Source: Piedraia hortae CBS 480.64 | Taxonomy: Eukaryota | Assembly (NCBI GenBank): GCA_010093745.1 | Contig: MU005966.1 | Span: 317,628 to 381,627, forward strand | Direction: 5' to 3' | Length of the DNA: 64,000 bases | Made by a program: the position numbers and the translations under genes | Shown: positions 1 to 10,039 of the stretch, one piece after another | Layout of the letters: each line of letters opens with the position of its first letter | How positions within the stretch are numbered: the first letter of the stretch is position 1 | The notes under the pieces: model-generated | Seen by the model: the letters and a program-made list of their open reading frames with translations, nothing else | Database searches by the model: none | What the model was told of the DNA's origin: nothing

Positions 1-1
1 G

Positions 2-3000
2 TTGAGATTGCTTGCGCCCACGGCACCGTACAAGGCGAAGCATTTGAAGATGATTTTCGAGCATTTTGTGAACAGCGTGGTGCCCGCGCTGGCGAGACCG
101 TCGGATCCGTATTCCCAGCTGAATTTCGCGATTGTTGCTTCCATGGCGGATATCACGGGCGTAGTGCTCATGGCGGATGTGCCGGGAATGGAGGCGTTGG
201 TTCTGGCGTTTTTTGTGAACTGTTTTGATGTTTTGTCCGGTGCGATCAAGGATGGGGAGGCGGTGCCACTGCCGGGGAGTACGGAGAACCATATCACGAA
301 GATGTTGTGCTGTCTCTTGGATGAGTTGCCGGCTATTCCGCAGGATGTGGTTGCGGTTGTTGTGGCGCAGTTTTTGAGGGTTGATCCGATAATTGCGGGA
401 CCTCCGGCCGATGGAGTGCCGGTGCAGGTCGCTCCGGCGTATCATGTCGCCCAGGCGTTGTGCAATTATTGCGCGCCCAAGATGAGCCGTGCGGTGGGGA
501 AGTATTTCAGCACGGTGCTCATCGATGCGACGGAGTTGGTTTCGACAAAGGTTGTGAAGCGGGGCAAGAAGAGGGCTCGTGTTGAGGTCGAGAATGATGG
601 GGATGACGGTCTCGTTGCTGCTCCCGCGCAGGAGGATCTCAACGAGGTGGAAAAGGCTCATCTTTTGCTGCGGGAGCTGTGGATCGCTGCGCCGGATGTT
701 ACGCCGAATGTGATTCCGCAGGTAGAGACGGAATCCAGCGCTGAGAACCCGCATTTCAGGAAGATGGCTGTTGAGACGATTGGTGATATGGTGGCTGGAA
801 TCGGAGCTGCCGGTTCTTCGCCTCCTGCTGTCCTCGATCCAACTGCTTTGAGTCCTGAGAAGCCAGCGAAGAGGTTCGGTCCAACCGTTCCACATGCGTT
901 TTCTTCTATGCATCCCTCGGCTTACCAAGGGTTCTTTGACCGGAGAAGAGACAAGGCGGCAATGGTGCGCTGCGTGTGGGCGATTGCGGCTGGGTATATA
1001 ATCACAACTTCCGGCGGTGGAAAGGGTCTAGATGCTGACCAAGAAGCCCAATTTCTGCGGGCTTTATCCGATTTGCTCGTAGACCAGGACGAAAAGGTGC
1101 GGCTGGCGGCTGTCCAAGCCATTGGGACTTTTGGTTTCGCTACCATAGTGCAAAAGGTCGGCGGGAACGGGGGCTTTGATGAACCAGGCTCTATTCTCTA
1201 CAATCTGGCTGATCGCACAAAGGACAGGAAGCCCCTGGTACGCACCGCTGCCACGGAGCTGCTGGCCCGTATATGGGGCGTTGCATCCGGGCCCATTGCC
1301 GGCGGAGACGAACAAGTGCGTGAAGTCTTGGGTCCCATACCGACCAAGATCTTAATGGCCGTTTATGTCAACGATCGGGAGATTAATGCCCTGGTACAGA
1401 AAGTCCTGTTTGGCTCGCTGCTGCCTCTGGAATTCCCGCACAAGGATTCCAAGCCTAATCCGGATGTGATCAGAGCGCAAAGAATACTCATCCTGGTGCG
1501 AGACCTCCAGCCGAAGGCAAAGGATGTCTTTTTCAAATTGCAGCAGCAACAGGGAGTGCGTGCAAAGTACGTGGAAGCCTATATCAAGGCTTGTGAAAAG
1601 CTCCACGGGGATGACAATGATCAAGATCTGCAGAAGCCGCTGGATAAACTGGTGCAGGCTCTTGCTGCCATGACGGCAGATCCAGCAACGGCGGCTAAAC
1701 AGCTTCATCAGTTTGGCGAGCACAATGATCCTCGGTTCTGGCACCTCATACGTATATGTTACAGCCCAGAAAGCGACTACATGAGGATTGTGAAAGCTAT
1801 AAAGGAGTTACACAGGAAGATGGAAGGGTCGACTGTCTTGAAGCCGCTGATTCCCACCGTCATGCCCCTGGTGCGGTCCGCCTCCACTCTCGTTTTCAAC
1901 CACAGCCATGTGCCGGCAATAGTAGAATTTGCAAGAACAGACGACAAGGGCCTGGGGTCTGCTGCCCAACAACTCCTCGCAGAAACCTCCACCAATGCTC
2001 CAGATGTGTTCAAGGTCCATGTACATCAACTCTGCAAAGCGCTCAAAGATCAAACTCCGTCTGAGCATAGCGATGGAGTGGTGCAAGAGCTCAAGGCATG
2101 TGCCGGTTTTGCCAGTCGTTTCCCGAAAGAAATGGCCAACGATCGAGACTTTGACCGGGCAATGGCAGCTTTTGCAAAGCATGGTTCTCCCAAAGCAGCC
2201 AAACACGCCGTCACCGTCATGGTCGCTTCTGCTGACCGCAAGGAAATGTATATCAAAGACGTCCTCAGCTACTGTCTGGAATACGAACCCGATGGTGAAG
2301 ACCATCTCACCCGTCTAGCAGCTCTAAGCCAGCTACGCTTAGTCGCCAACAAAGAAACCGAAGACAACATCTCTGAAATCCACGAAATCGCCTTTGACAA
2401 AGCCCTCAAATCCGACGACATCGAAGCCAAAACCTGGGCCATCAAAATCCTCGTCAACGGCTTACTTGGCACGAAAACCATCACCCCCGACTCCGCAAAA
2501 CCAGTCTACACCCTCCTCAACAGCCTCATTACCGACTCCCCCACCCTCCGTCTCCTCGCATCAAAAGCCCTCCTAAAACTCTCCACCAACAAATTCCTCG
2601 ACCCCTACCTCACCCCGATCAACTTCGACAACCTAGCCCGCATACCCCAAGACGAAGTCTTCTCTACCCGAGCGGGCTTTGCCAGATCATTGAAAAAACA
2701 CCTCAACACGACTCTCCCCCCCCGCTTCTACGCTTTACCATTCCTCTACGCATTCGAACCCGACCGTCCCACCAAAGAAAACATCACGACCTGGCTAAAA
2801 TCCCGCGCGGCGCTCGCCGCGAAACAATCCTCCCCCCTCTTCGAATCAACCCTCTCACGCCTGATAAGCCTGTTAGCTCACCACCCCGATTTCTCATCCG
2901 ACGCGTCCGATCTAAAAGACATGGTAACATACCTCTTATTCTACCTCACCGCTGTAGCGATGGAGGCGAATGTGGGGCTAATATACGCCATCGCGCAGAG

Positions 3001-3943
3001 GATCAAATCCGTCCGCGACGGGGTTTATCCCGACAGGGAGGATTTGTATGTGCTTGCGGATTTGACGGAAAGTGTTATTAGGGTTTTTGTGGATGTGAAG
3101 GGCTGGGTGCTGGATGTGCATAAGGATCGCGTCCCGCTTCCGACGGGTGTTTTTATGCCCCTGGCGGGGCATGCGGTTGCGGTTGAGATTGCGGAGAGGA
3201 ATTATCTTCCTGCGGAAGTGGGGGAAGAGGTGGAGGGTTGGGTTAGGGAGGGGTTGAAAGCTGGGAGGAAAAGGAGGGGGAAGGGGGAGGGTGTTAAGAT
3301 GATTAAAGTGGAGAGGAAGGTACAGACTCCGAAAAGGAGGAGGGGGAAGAAGAAGACAGAGGATGAGAGTGAGGAGGAGGGTAAGGAGGCTGCTACCCCG
3401 CCGCCGCCGTCGTCGATGAGGACCAGGCAGAATAGTGCTCGCGCTGCAAGGGGGAAGACGGTTGTTGAGAGTGAGAGTGAGAGTGAGAGTGAAGTGGAGG
3501 CTGATGATGAGAGTGAAGTAGAGGCCGATGCCGAAAGCGAAGCAGAGCCTCCTTCACAACCGAAGAAGAAGACTCCACAGAACAAGAAAACTCCCAAGCG
3601 GAAATTCAAAGACACCGATCCCGGAGCAGAAGCCGATGAAGCATCGCCTCCCCCAGCAGAAAACGAACAAAGCTCCCCTCTCTCCTCCCCCGCCGCAGAG
3701 GATGTTATGGACCCCGACGGCGATACAGCCATGCGTGATGGTTCCCCTTCACCGGCACGTAGTAGCGCGAGAGGGAGGGGAAGGGGAAGAGGCAGAGGCA
3801 GAGGCAGAGGCAGAGGTCGAGGCAACACCACGACGAGGAGGACAGCCAGCACCGCCACGGGCACGACGAGAGGGGCAGATGGCGCAGCCACAGGCACAAC
3901 AAGAGGAAGGGGCAAACGCGGACGAGCTCGAAAACGAGCGTAG
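2..3943 (+). CDS. PDS5: Sister chromatid cohesion protein Pds5 (5' end lies outside window)
   Basis: 1313-aa open frame. Pds5-like segments LRLLAPTAPY, DQDEKVRLAAV, LADRTKDRKPLVR, LSRLISLLAHHPDF; HEAT-like body; acidic/basic tail ending in RG repeats. Confidence 0.9.
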   Translation: MRLLAPTAPYKAKHLKMIFEHFVNSVVPALARPSDPYSQLNFAIVASMADITGVVLMADVPGMEALVLAFFVNCFDVLSGAIKDGEAVPLPGSTENHITKMLCCLLDELPAIPQDVVAVVVAQFLRVDPIIAGPPADGVPVQVAPAYHVAQALCNYCAPKMSRAVGKYFSTVLIDATELVSTKVVKRGKKRARVEVENDGDDGLVAAPAQEDLNEVEKAHLLLRELWIAAPDVTPNVIPQVETESSAENPHFRKMAVETIGDMVAGIGAAGSSPPAVLDPTALSPEKPAKRFGPTVPHAFSSMHPSAYQGFFDRRRDKAAMVRCVWAIAAGYIITTSGGGKGLDADQEAQFLRALSDLLVDQDEKVRLAAVQAIGTFGFATIVQKVGGNGGFDEPGSILYNLADRTKDRKPLVRTAATELLARIWGVASGPIAGGDEQVREVLGPIPTKILMAVYVNDREINALVQKVLFGSLLPLEFPHKDSKPNPDVIRAQRILILVRDLQPKAKDVFFKLQQQQGVRAKYVEAYIKACEKLHGDDNDQDLQKPLDKLVQALAAMTADPATAAKQLHQFGEHNDPRFWHLIRICYSPESDYMRIVKAIKELHRKMEGSTVLKPLIPTVMPLVRSASTLVFNHSHVPAIVEFARTDDKGLGSAAQQLLAETSTNAPDVFKVHVHQLCKALKDQTPSEHSDGVVQELKACAGFASRFPKEMANDRDFDRAMAAFAKHGSPKAAKHAVTVMVASADRKEMYIKDVLSYCLEYEPDGEDHLTRLAALSQLRLVANKETEDNISEIHEIAFDKALKSDDIEAKTWAIKILVNGLLGTKTITPDSAKPVYTLLNSLITDSPTLRLLASKALLKLSTNKFLDPYLTPINFDNLARIPQDEVFSTRAGFARSLKKHLNTTLPPRFYALPFLYAFEPDRPTKENITTWLKSRAALAAKQSSPLFESTLSRLISLLAHHPDFSSDASDLKDMVTYLLFYLTAVAMEANVGLIYAIAQRIKSVRDGVYPDREDLYVLADLTESVIRVFVDVKGWVLDVHKDRVPLPTGVFMPLAGHAVAVEIAERNYLPAEVGEEVEGWVREGLKAGRKRRGKGEGVKMIKVERKVQTPKRRRGKKKTEDESEEEGKEAATPPPPSSMRTRQNSARAARGKTVVESESESESEVEADDESEVEADAESEAEPPSQPKKKTPQNKKTPKRKFKDTDPGAEADEASPPPAENEQSSPLSSPAAEDVMDPDGDTAMRDGSPSPARSSARGRGRGRGRGRGRGRGRGNTTTRRTASTATGTTRGADGAATGTTRGRGKRGRARKRA
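3771..3823 (+). repeat. Coding hexamer repeat (GGCAGA-like) encoding an RG dipeptide run
   Basis: gagggaggggaaggggaagaggcagaggcagaggcagaggcagaggtcgaggc translates as RGRGRGRG... Confidence 0.8.
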
Positions 3944-4577
3944 GAAGTGTATAATACTGGGAAGATGCACTGTGGCCGTTGTGTAGGCTAGGATGCTCGG
4001 TAGGGTATTCTTTTATTGATGTTTTTTCTGTGTTTGGTGCTGTCTTGTGTACGGTTGTGTTTCTGCGGCTTTGTAAGGATGTGGTTGGGAGGAGCCCTGT
4101 CCCGGAGAGGAGCTGCGGTCTTCTTTTCTGGGAGTTACTGCGTCTGACTCGTAGGCGTATGGGGTAAGATTTTTACTGGGTTTTCTTTCTTTCTTGGGAT
4201 TCGATTCGTCGATGCGTTGATGTATGGGTGCACTCTTGCACGCCTTCTAGCACGGTATATGAATAAAAGGAAATCAGCACAAAGGCCACGAACCAGCCCT
4301 ACGGAGCCTTAAAAAGGAACTCCAAATCTAAACCAAACCCTTGACTTGGTAGAATAGCCAACTCACACATCCTCCTTCAACCCAGAAAAGAACTACTCAA
4401 CTACGATACAAACCATTACCCACCAGACAAAAAAGAACCTGCACACAAAGTGGAGTTTGGCATCGAAAATATTACAATGCGAGCTTTAAAGTCATTAATA
4501 CACCATACCCTAACCTCCCAACACAAACCTTACTCCCCCCCCCCTACAACCGAAAACACCCACCGCAGTCAAACCAT

Positions 4578-4886
4578 CTAAATCAACCCCACCAAGACCC
4601 ACCCCAGCACCACAATACCCATCAAAATCAGCAGCGGCGGGAGAAACGCCAGCAAGAACCACATAAACGTTCTCTTCTTCTTCCGCACGTTGGGAGGGAA
4701 TTCGTACTGCCGGTCCGCTTCGAAGAGGGGGATAGTCGTAAAAGTTCCGTTTCCTGAGCACGCACGGGTTAGTTGGTTTTGGGAGTTAGGTAGGGAGGGA
4801 TGAGTACCGGTCATAGAGCGGAGCTCAATTCTATCGTTCGGAGGGTTCGCAGGCGCGCGCGTGAAGATCCGAATTAGACGGGACAT
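4578..4886 (-). CDS. Small hypothetical tail-anchored membrane protein
   Basis: ATG in acaATG context (MSRLIRIF...); basic RKKKR followed by a C-terminal hydrophobic helix. No recognisable family. Confidence 0.4.
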   Translation of the reverse strand: MSRLIRIFTRAPANPPNDRIELRSMTGTHPSLPNSQNQLTRACSGNGTFTTIPLFEADRQYEFPPNVRKKKRTFMWFLLAFLPPLLILMGIVVLGWVLVGLI

Positions 4887-5182
4887 TGTTCTTGTGTTTG
4901 AGGAGGGGGGGAACACGTGGTTGGTGCGAATTCTAGAGGTGGAGATGGGAGTGTGAATCACCTGATGGGTTATGGGGTGGGAATGAGTATATGTTGACTG
5001 ACTCGTAAAGACAGGAAGGAAGAAGATAAGTTCTGGGAATGATTTCCATCAAGGGATGTGATGTTGGAAGATAAATTGACCCAAGTCAACACCGGAGGAT
5101 ATCATATCCGTACTGCCATTTGCCGCTGGTATACCTGCACCCTGCTATGCCTTCTGTCTCTGAAACGAAGAAGGCGTACTCT

Positions 5183-5566
5183 TCATCGGCTTTCTGCCTC
5201 TGCTGTACGGTTGTGGCAGCGATCGGGGTGGAGTTGAAGGTGGGAATCTCGCAAGCCGGAGCCTGGAGACAGCACATGCGTAGCTTCCGCCTGTCCGCAG
5301 TCCAAGGGATTCGTAGCAGTGGTTGAAGCTGGCGTGGCCAACGCCAATGCTGACGTCTGTGGTAAAGCTTGGGCAGAAGGTTTTGGCTTGTTCGTTTTTG
5401 CGAAACAAACTCCTAACCCAACGGCAAGTCCGATTGCAATGAGGAGTGCAAGCAACAACATGCAAATGTACACAGTCCTTCTAGAGCGTCGCTTCTTCTT
5501 TGGAGGCTTAGGGGGAACTGATGGCTCGAGTGGAGCAGCGTCTTTGTCTGCATAATGCAAAGGCAT
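5183..5566 (-). CDS. Small hypothetical single-pass membrane protein (exon structure uncertain)
   Basis: PPKPPKKKRRSRR followed by hydrophobic MLLLALLIAIGLAVGLGVCF, typical of fungal type II membrane proteins. Confidence 0.45.
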   Translation of the reverse strand: MPLHYADKDAAPLEPSVPPKPPKKKRRSRRTVYICMLLLALLIAIGLAVGLGVCFAKTNKPKPSAQALPQTSALALATPASTTATNPLDCGQAEATHVLSPGSGLRDSHLQLHPDRCHNRTAEAESR

Positions 5567-6299
5567 GGGACTAGAAGAGACCGTTGTGGGTGCCCACTCG
5601 GACTCATCGCAGCAACTCTGGACTGGAGAAAGCTCCAGAGGACTAGGAGGGGTTTCATCTTGCTCTACAGTAGATGGAGGGGAGATATTACTGGAGGCTT
5701 ATCAGCATGGTGAAGACTAGACGATAGTCAACCTACAGGTGCTCCACAAACCGAGGACTGGTCCCCAAGCGCTGTGTGTTCTCCATTTCACCTAATCACC
5801 GTCGTTATGGTGAATTGGCGGACATGAAGAGTGAGGGAACCGTCAGCCTTCGTTGGCATAGCCTGACAGCCTTGTCTCAACGGGCATTACTCCTCAACGG
5901 CCGCATTCACGCGACGAGGCTGCATCGCTGACCGCTGCCCCATCAGGCTGAGTGCATGCGTCATATTCAGTGATACATTGAACTGGGGAAATGCAGAGAA
6001 TTACACATCTAGCTAAAAGAGTGTAGAAAAAGAAACCTTCTTCTGAAACTCAGAGCAATAGATACACCCCGCATAAATCTAGGGGACGAGATACCGAGTC
6101 AACCGAGTCATACCTGGCTGTGTCTGACTCGGACGATAATTGATATGCAGATAAAGAAAGGTTGAGACTCTTGCGTGAGCACATTCTATCTGCTGGCACA
6201 CAACACGTCTGCAGATGCAGCAGAACCTGGCTGTGTAGTTTTTGGCGGAAATATTCCGCAGGATCGTACCTTTAGGAACAGTGGACAAATCAGGATGCG

Positions 6300-7626
6300 A
6301 TGCGCCGTGTGGTTGTAACGGGGCTGGGTGCTATCACTCCGCTCGGAACAAGCTTTCAAAGGACCTGGCGCAATTTGCTGGCATCTCGCAGTGGTATTGT
6401 CAAGGTTAACGATCCGCGGTATGACCATCTGCCCAGCAGAATAGCAGGGCTTGTACCTCTGGGTAGCCGTGAAGAGGGCGGATGGCAGGCAAAAGACTGG
6501 ATTCCGGCAGCTGAAAGACGTAGTTTAGCCCGTTTTGCACAGTATGCCCTTGCATGCACCCACGAAGCCCTAGAGGATGCAGGATGGCATCCCACAAAGC
6601 CAGAAGACTTGGAAGCCACCGGTGTGACTCTTGGATCAGGAATTGGAAACCTAGACGAAGCATACGACACTTCAATCGCATTTGAGCATGGAGGATACCG
6701 CGCCGTTTCTCCCCTCTTTGTTCCCAGACTATTGATCAACCTTGCTGCGGGTCAAGTATCTATTCGATATGGCTTCCGAGGACCCAACCACGCCGCTACC
6801 ACAGCATGTACGACGGGCTTGCACGCTATAGGAGATGCATCCCGACTGATTGCTTTTGGCGATGCTGAAGTCATGGTCGCTGGCGGAGCGGAGTCATGCA
6901 TACATCCTCTGGCATTCGCTGGCTTCGCCAAGGCGCGCAGCCTGGCCACCAACTGGAACGATGAACCGACTGCTGCATCACGTCCATTTGATCGAGACCG
7001 TGCCGGTTTCGTCATGGGCGAAGGAGCCGGCGTGGTCGTATTAGAAGTATACATACCCTTCATTCGTTCACATCGCAAGGCTAACTAAATACTAGTCTCT
7101 CGAGCATGCTCGTGCGCGGGGAGCCAAGATATACGCTGAAATTAAAGGCTACGGGCTGTCCTCTGATGCCTACCACATGACTGCACCTCAGAAAGAGGGA
7201 GACGGCGCTCTTCTAGCAATGAAAAAGGCTCTCATGCACGCCAATAAAAAACCGTGCGAGGTAGACTACATCAACGCCCATGCCACGTCGACGGTGCTGG
7301 GTGACGCGGCAGAGAACACTGCCATCAAACGCCTCTTTCTCGGCCCCGAAGGCAAGGAATTCTCCTCTGAAATCAACATCAGCAGCACCAAAGGAGCCGT
7401 GGGGCATCTGCTCGGAGCTGCTGGGGCGGTTGAAGCAATCTATACCATTCTCGCAGTGAGTGAAAATATCCTGCCACCGACGCTGAATCTGCACCGCCGC
7501 GATGAAGAGTTTGATTGTAATTACGTTCCGCACTCACCTCAGGATAAACAAGTAAATGTGGCACTGACAAATTCGTTCGGATTTGGTGGCGCAAATGCTT
7601 CGCTTTGCGTGGCCAAGTTGGGGTGA
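6300..7626 (+). CDS. CEM1: Mitochondrial 3-oxoacyl-ACP synthase (FabF/OXSM type); intron 7047-7095
   Basis: [15 protein letters not shown] (catalytic Cys), [38 protein letters not shown] intron joins VLE to [10 protein letters not shown]. Confidence 0.93.
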
Positions 7627-7827
7627 GATACTATCAGGACTTCTATGTCTTCCTTACTCTAAAGAAAGAGCCCCTATTTCAAGAGCGGTCTGGGGTAAAG
7701 CGGGGTAATAATTATGATGGCAGTTTGTTGGACGGGTATAGGCGGCTTTGGAAGAGACGGTCGGATAACGGCTCAAACTCGAACCTTGACCTGATCGAAA
7801 AAGCTTTTTGGTCTACATTGCTTCGGC

Positions 7828-8615
7828 CTATCTGTACAATTGCTGTTTGAGACTGTCCGAAGCATCGGATGTTCGAGGTTTCCGAACCCCGTGTGAGGTG
7901 TTCCGCGCTGTTTTGGTACTGGCGTTGGTTTTGAGGCTACTGCTCCCAATGTCCGGAGCAAATGGAGAAACTGAATGTCTCGAGCCAAGTCCGAGGAATG
8001 GCTGTGGCGATGTACTTGCGCGTTCGCGTCGCGGCGTTGACACACCCAGCATGTTGCTGTCGTATAAATCACAGACGGACTGGTCCGAGTCAGAGACTGT
8101 TCGTTCGGAATATGTAAGTGATACAGGCCTCGGAACGGTGGGAGAGCGTCTTGGCACAATGTCCGGAAGTTGGCTGCTCCTGGTGGACAGCAAGCTTGGA
8201 GTGGGAGAGTGTCTGGGGATATCTTTGGGTGAGGCGTCCTGTCTGCGACATCTGTTCCTGTCAGCCAAGAGAACCAAGTGAGATATATGTGGCCCACACA
8301 CGCTTCAGAGCAATACAACACGTTGACGCCTGGTGTTACAATTTGTTTCTCACACGTAGTGCTTTGTTGTCAGCAGAAGTCGTCAGATGCAACATTGAGA
8401 GCATACCAAAACTGCAAGAATGTCAAATCCTCCCCATCGTCGCAGTGAGTAGAGGCTATGGAGGGAGATCTTCCTTTCTTGAGCAATCCATTCCAATGTG
8501 ATCTGCTGATAGAACGTCTGTGGCGAGTTGATGAAGTTATCGGTGACAGTGATTGGGATGACTCTGAAGTCTTTCTTCCGATGGATGGTGATCGGCCATG
8601 ATGCTTAGGGTACAT
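7828..8615 (-). CDS. Ecl1/2/3-family (life-span regulatory factor) protein; introns 8362-8406 and 8252-8301
   Basis: Splicing both introns (GT donors, GCTGAC branch sites) rebuilds FLQFCTTCEKQIVTPGVNVLYCSEACRRQD, the CxxC...LYCSxxC Ecl1 motif. Confidence 0.8.
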
Positions 8616-9356
8616 TGAAGGATGTAGGAGATTGAGAGAGCGGAATAGTGACTGAGCACTTGAACAAAGCTAGCCGGTAACTGTAGTCGTTAACCTTCAT
8701 GGTTCCTGCATGCAACTGTTTGAGTTGTGGCTCACCTTGGTCCGAGGATGTTGGCAACATCCAAACCACTGCTCTTGACGCAAGCATGCGAATGTTGCAG
8801 GGAAGGCGAGACAAGATGGACAAAGGACAACTGATAGTATATCCATGGCGGTCAGTGTTCCTTATATCATCAAAATGCGCGCTCGAGCGGAAAGGCATAA
8901 TCATCATCATCCGAAGCGCAGGGGGCCGAGCGAGTTTATCAGATCAAACACGCAGCCAATCAAAGGACACAACCTGACCCTTTCTTCTGAAACAGGTAAC
9001 AGTGCATGCAAGGACACATATTTTTGGCCGCTTCGCAATTCGAGACCACAATGGCGACAGGCAGCACCCAACGAGAAAGTCAATCCATACCCAGTGACCT
9101 TCTCAAACACTCGCCATACACATTCCAGGCCTTTTCGGGATTCACATGATGGAAGATACGCCACAAACCTGGAGTAATGTCCATGGACTTCCCCGCAGAA
9201 GTGGGGTTGCCATGACTCTGTGCCGCGCTTTCCCCATGCTTCTTGGCTTTGCACCGCACTGACGCAAAATTATCTGCCGTCATCACGAACATTGATAAAT
9301 TTATACAACGACGACCGTATGAGCAGCAGATAACACGTGGCTCCTTGATCGGCGTC

Positions 9357-9525
9357 GAGCCACGTTTTGCGGAGTTTAGAACACGTGCGCCGGACTACAG
9401 AGGAATGTGCAGATAATTTTTCAGGACTTTCTTCGTCTAAAAAACCCATGAGCCACGTTTAGCAAGATGTAAAATACGTGCGCTGGATTACAGAGGAGTG
9501 TGCAGATAAATCATCGGGCCTTTCC
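9357..9525. repeat. Imperfect direct repeat, ~75-bp units, 93-bp period, rich in CACGT[G/T]
   Basis: Unit at 9357 gagccacgttttgcggag...gtgcagataa; unit at 9450 gagccacgtttagcaag...gtgcagataa. Confidence 0.8.
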
Positions 9526-10039
9526 TGCCGAGAACCTGCTCAAATCGGCCTTCAATGACTTGCAGTTCAGCAAGGCTTGCACTAAAACATACTCAAATGT
9601 CTCGCAAGCTCATTCACTACACTCCTGATTGGGTTCAAGGAGCTCTTTGAGAAGCCAATCGGCGATAACCCAGAGAGTAGGTCATATTATCCATGGAACC
9701 ATCATCTGTGGAAGATGGTACCATTCCTTTCATCGAAGAAATTTGGGCCAAATTTCTAAATGGCGAGGTGAATTCTTGAGGACCACTAGAAGTACCCACG
9801 ATTCCGATAAAATTCATCCAGAAGAGCATCCGAGTCAAGGGATATCAAATTTTGTGTTTACTCACCTTGATGTCCTCTGGTGTCACATGTCGGCCGACTG
9901 TGAGTGCGTGGTGTTAGTCTAGCGGTTCTATTGGCCAATGAGCACGTGTGATTAGGGGTCCTTTACGTAATGAAAAAATTTCTGGGGAACTTCTAGAAGC
10001 GGCCCGCACTGGGCCATCACAAACCTCACTGCGTGGACA

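Noticed and set aside
3202..3915. Long antisense ORFs (also 40821-41660, 47948-48637, 59291-59953)
   Set aside because: Shadows of GC-rich or low-complexity genes on the opposite strand.
6300..7626. Polyketide or secondary-metabolite cluster around the ketosynthase
   Set aside because: Stand-alone mitochondrial FASII-type KAS with housekeeping neighbours.
9357..9525. CRISPR-like array
   Set aside because: Only two long diverged units, eukaryotic context, no cas genes.
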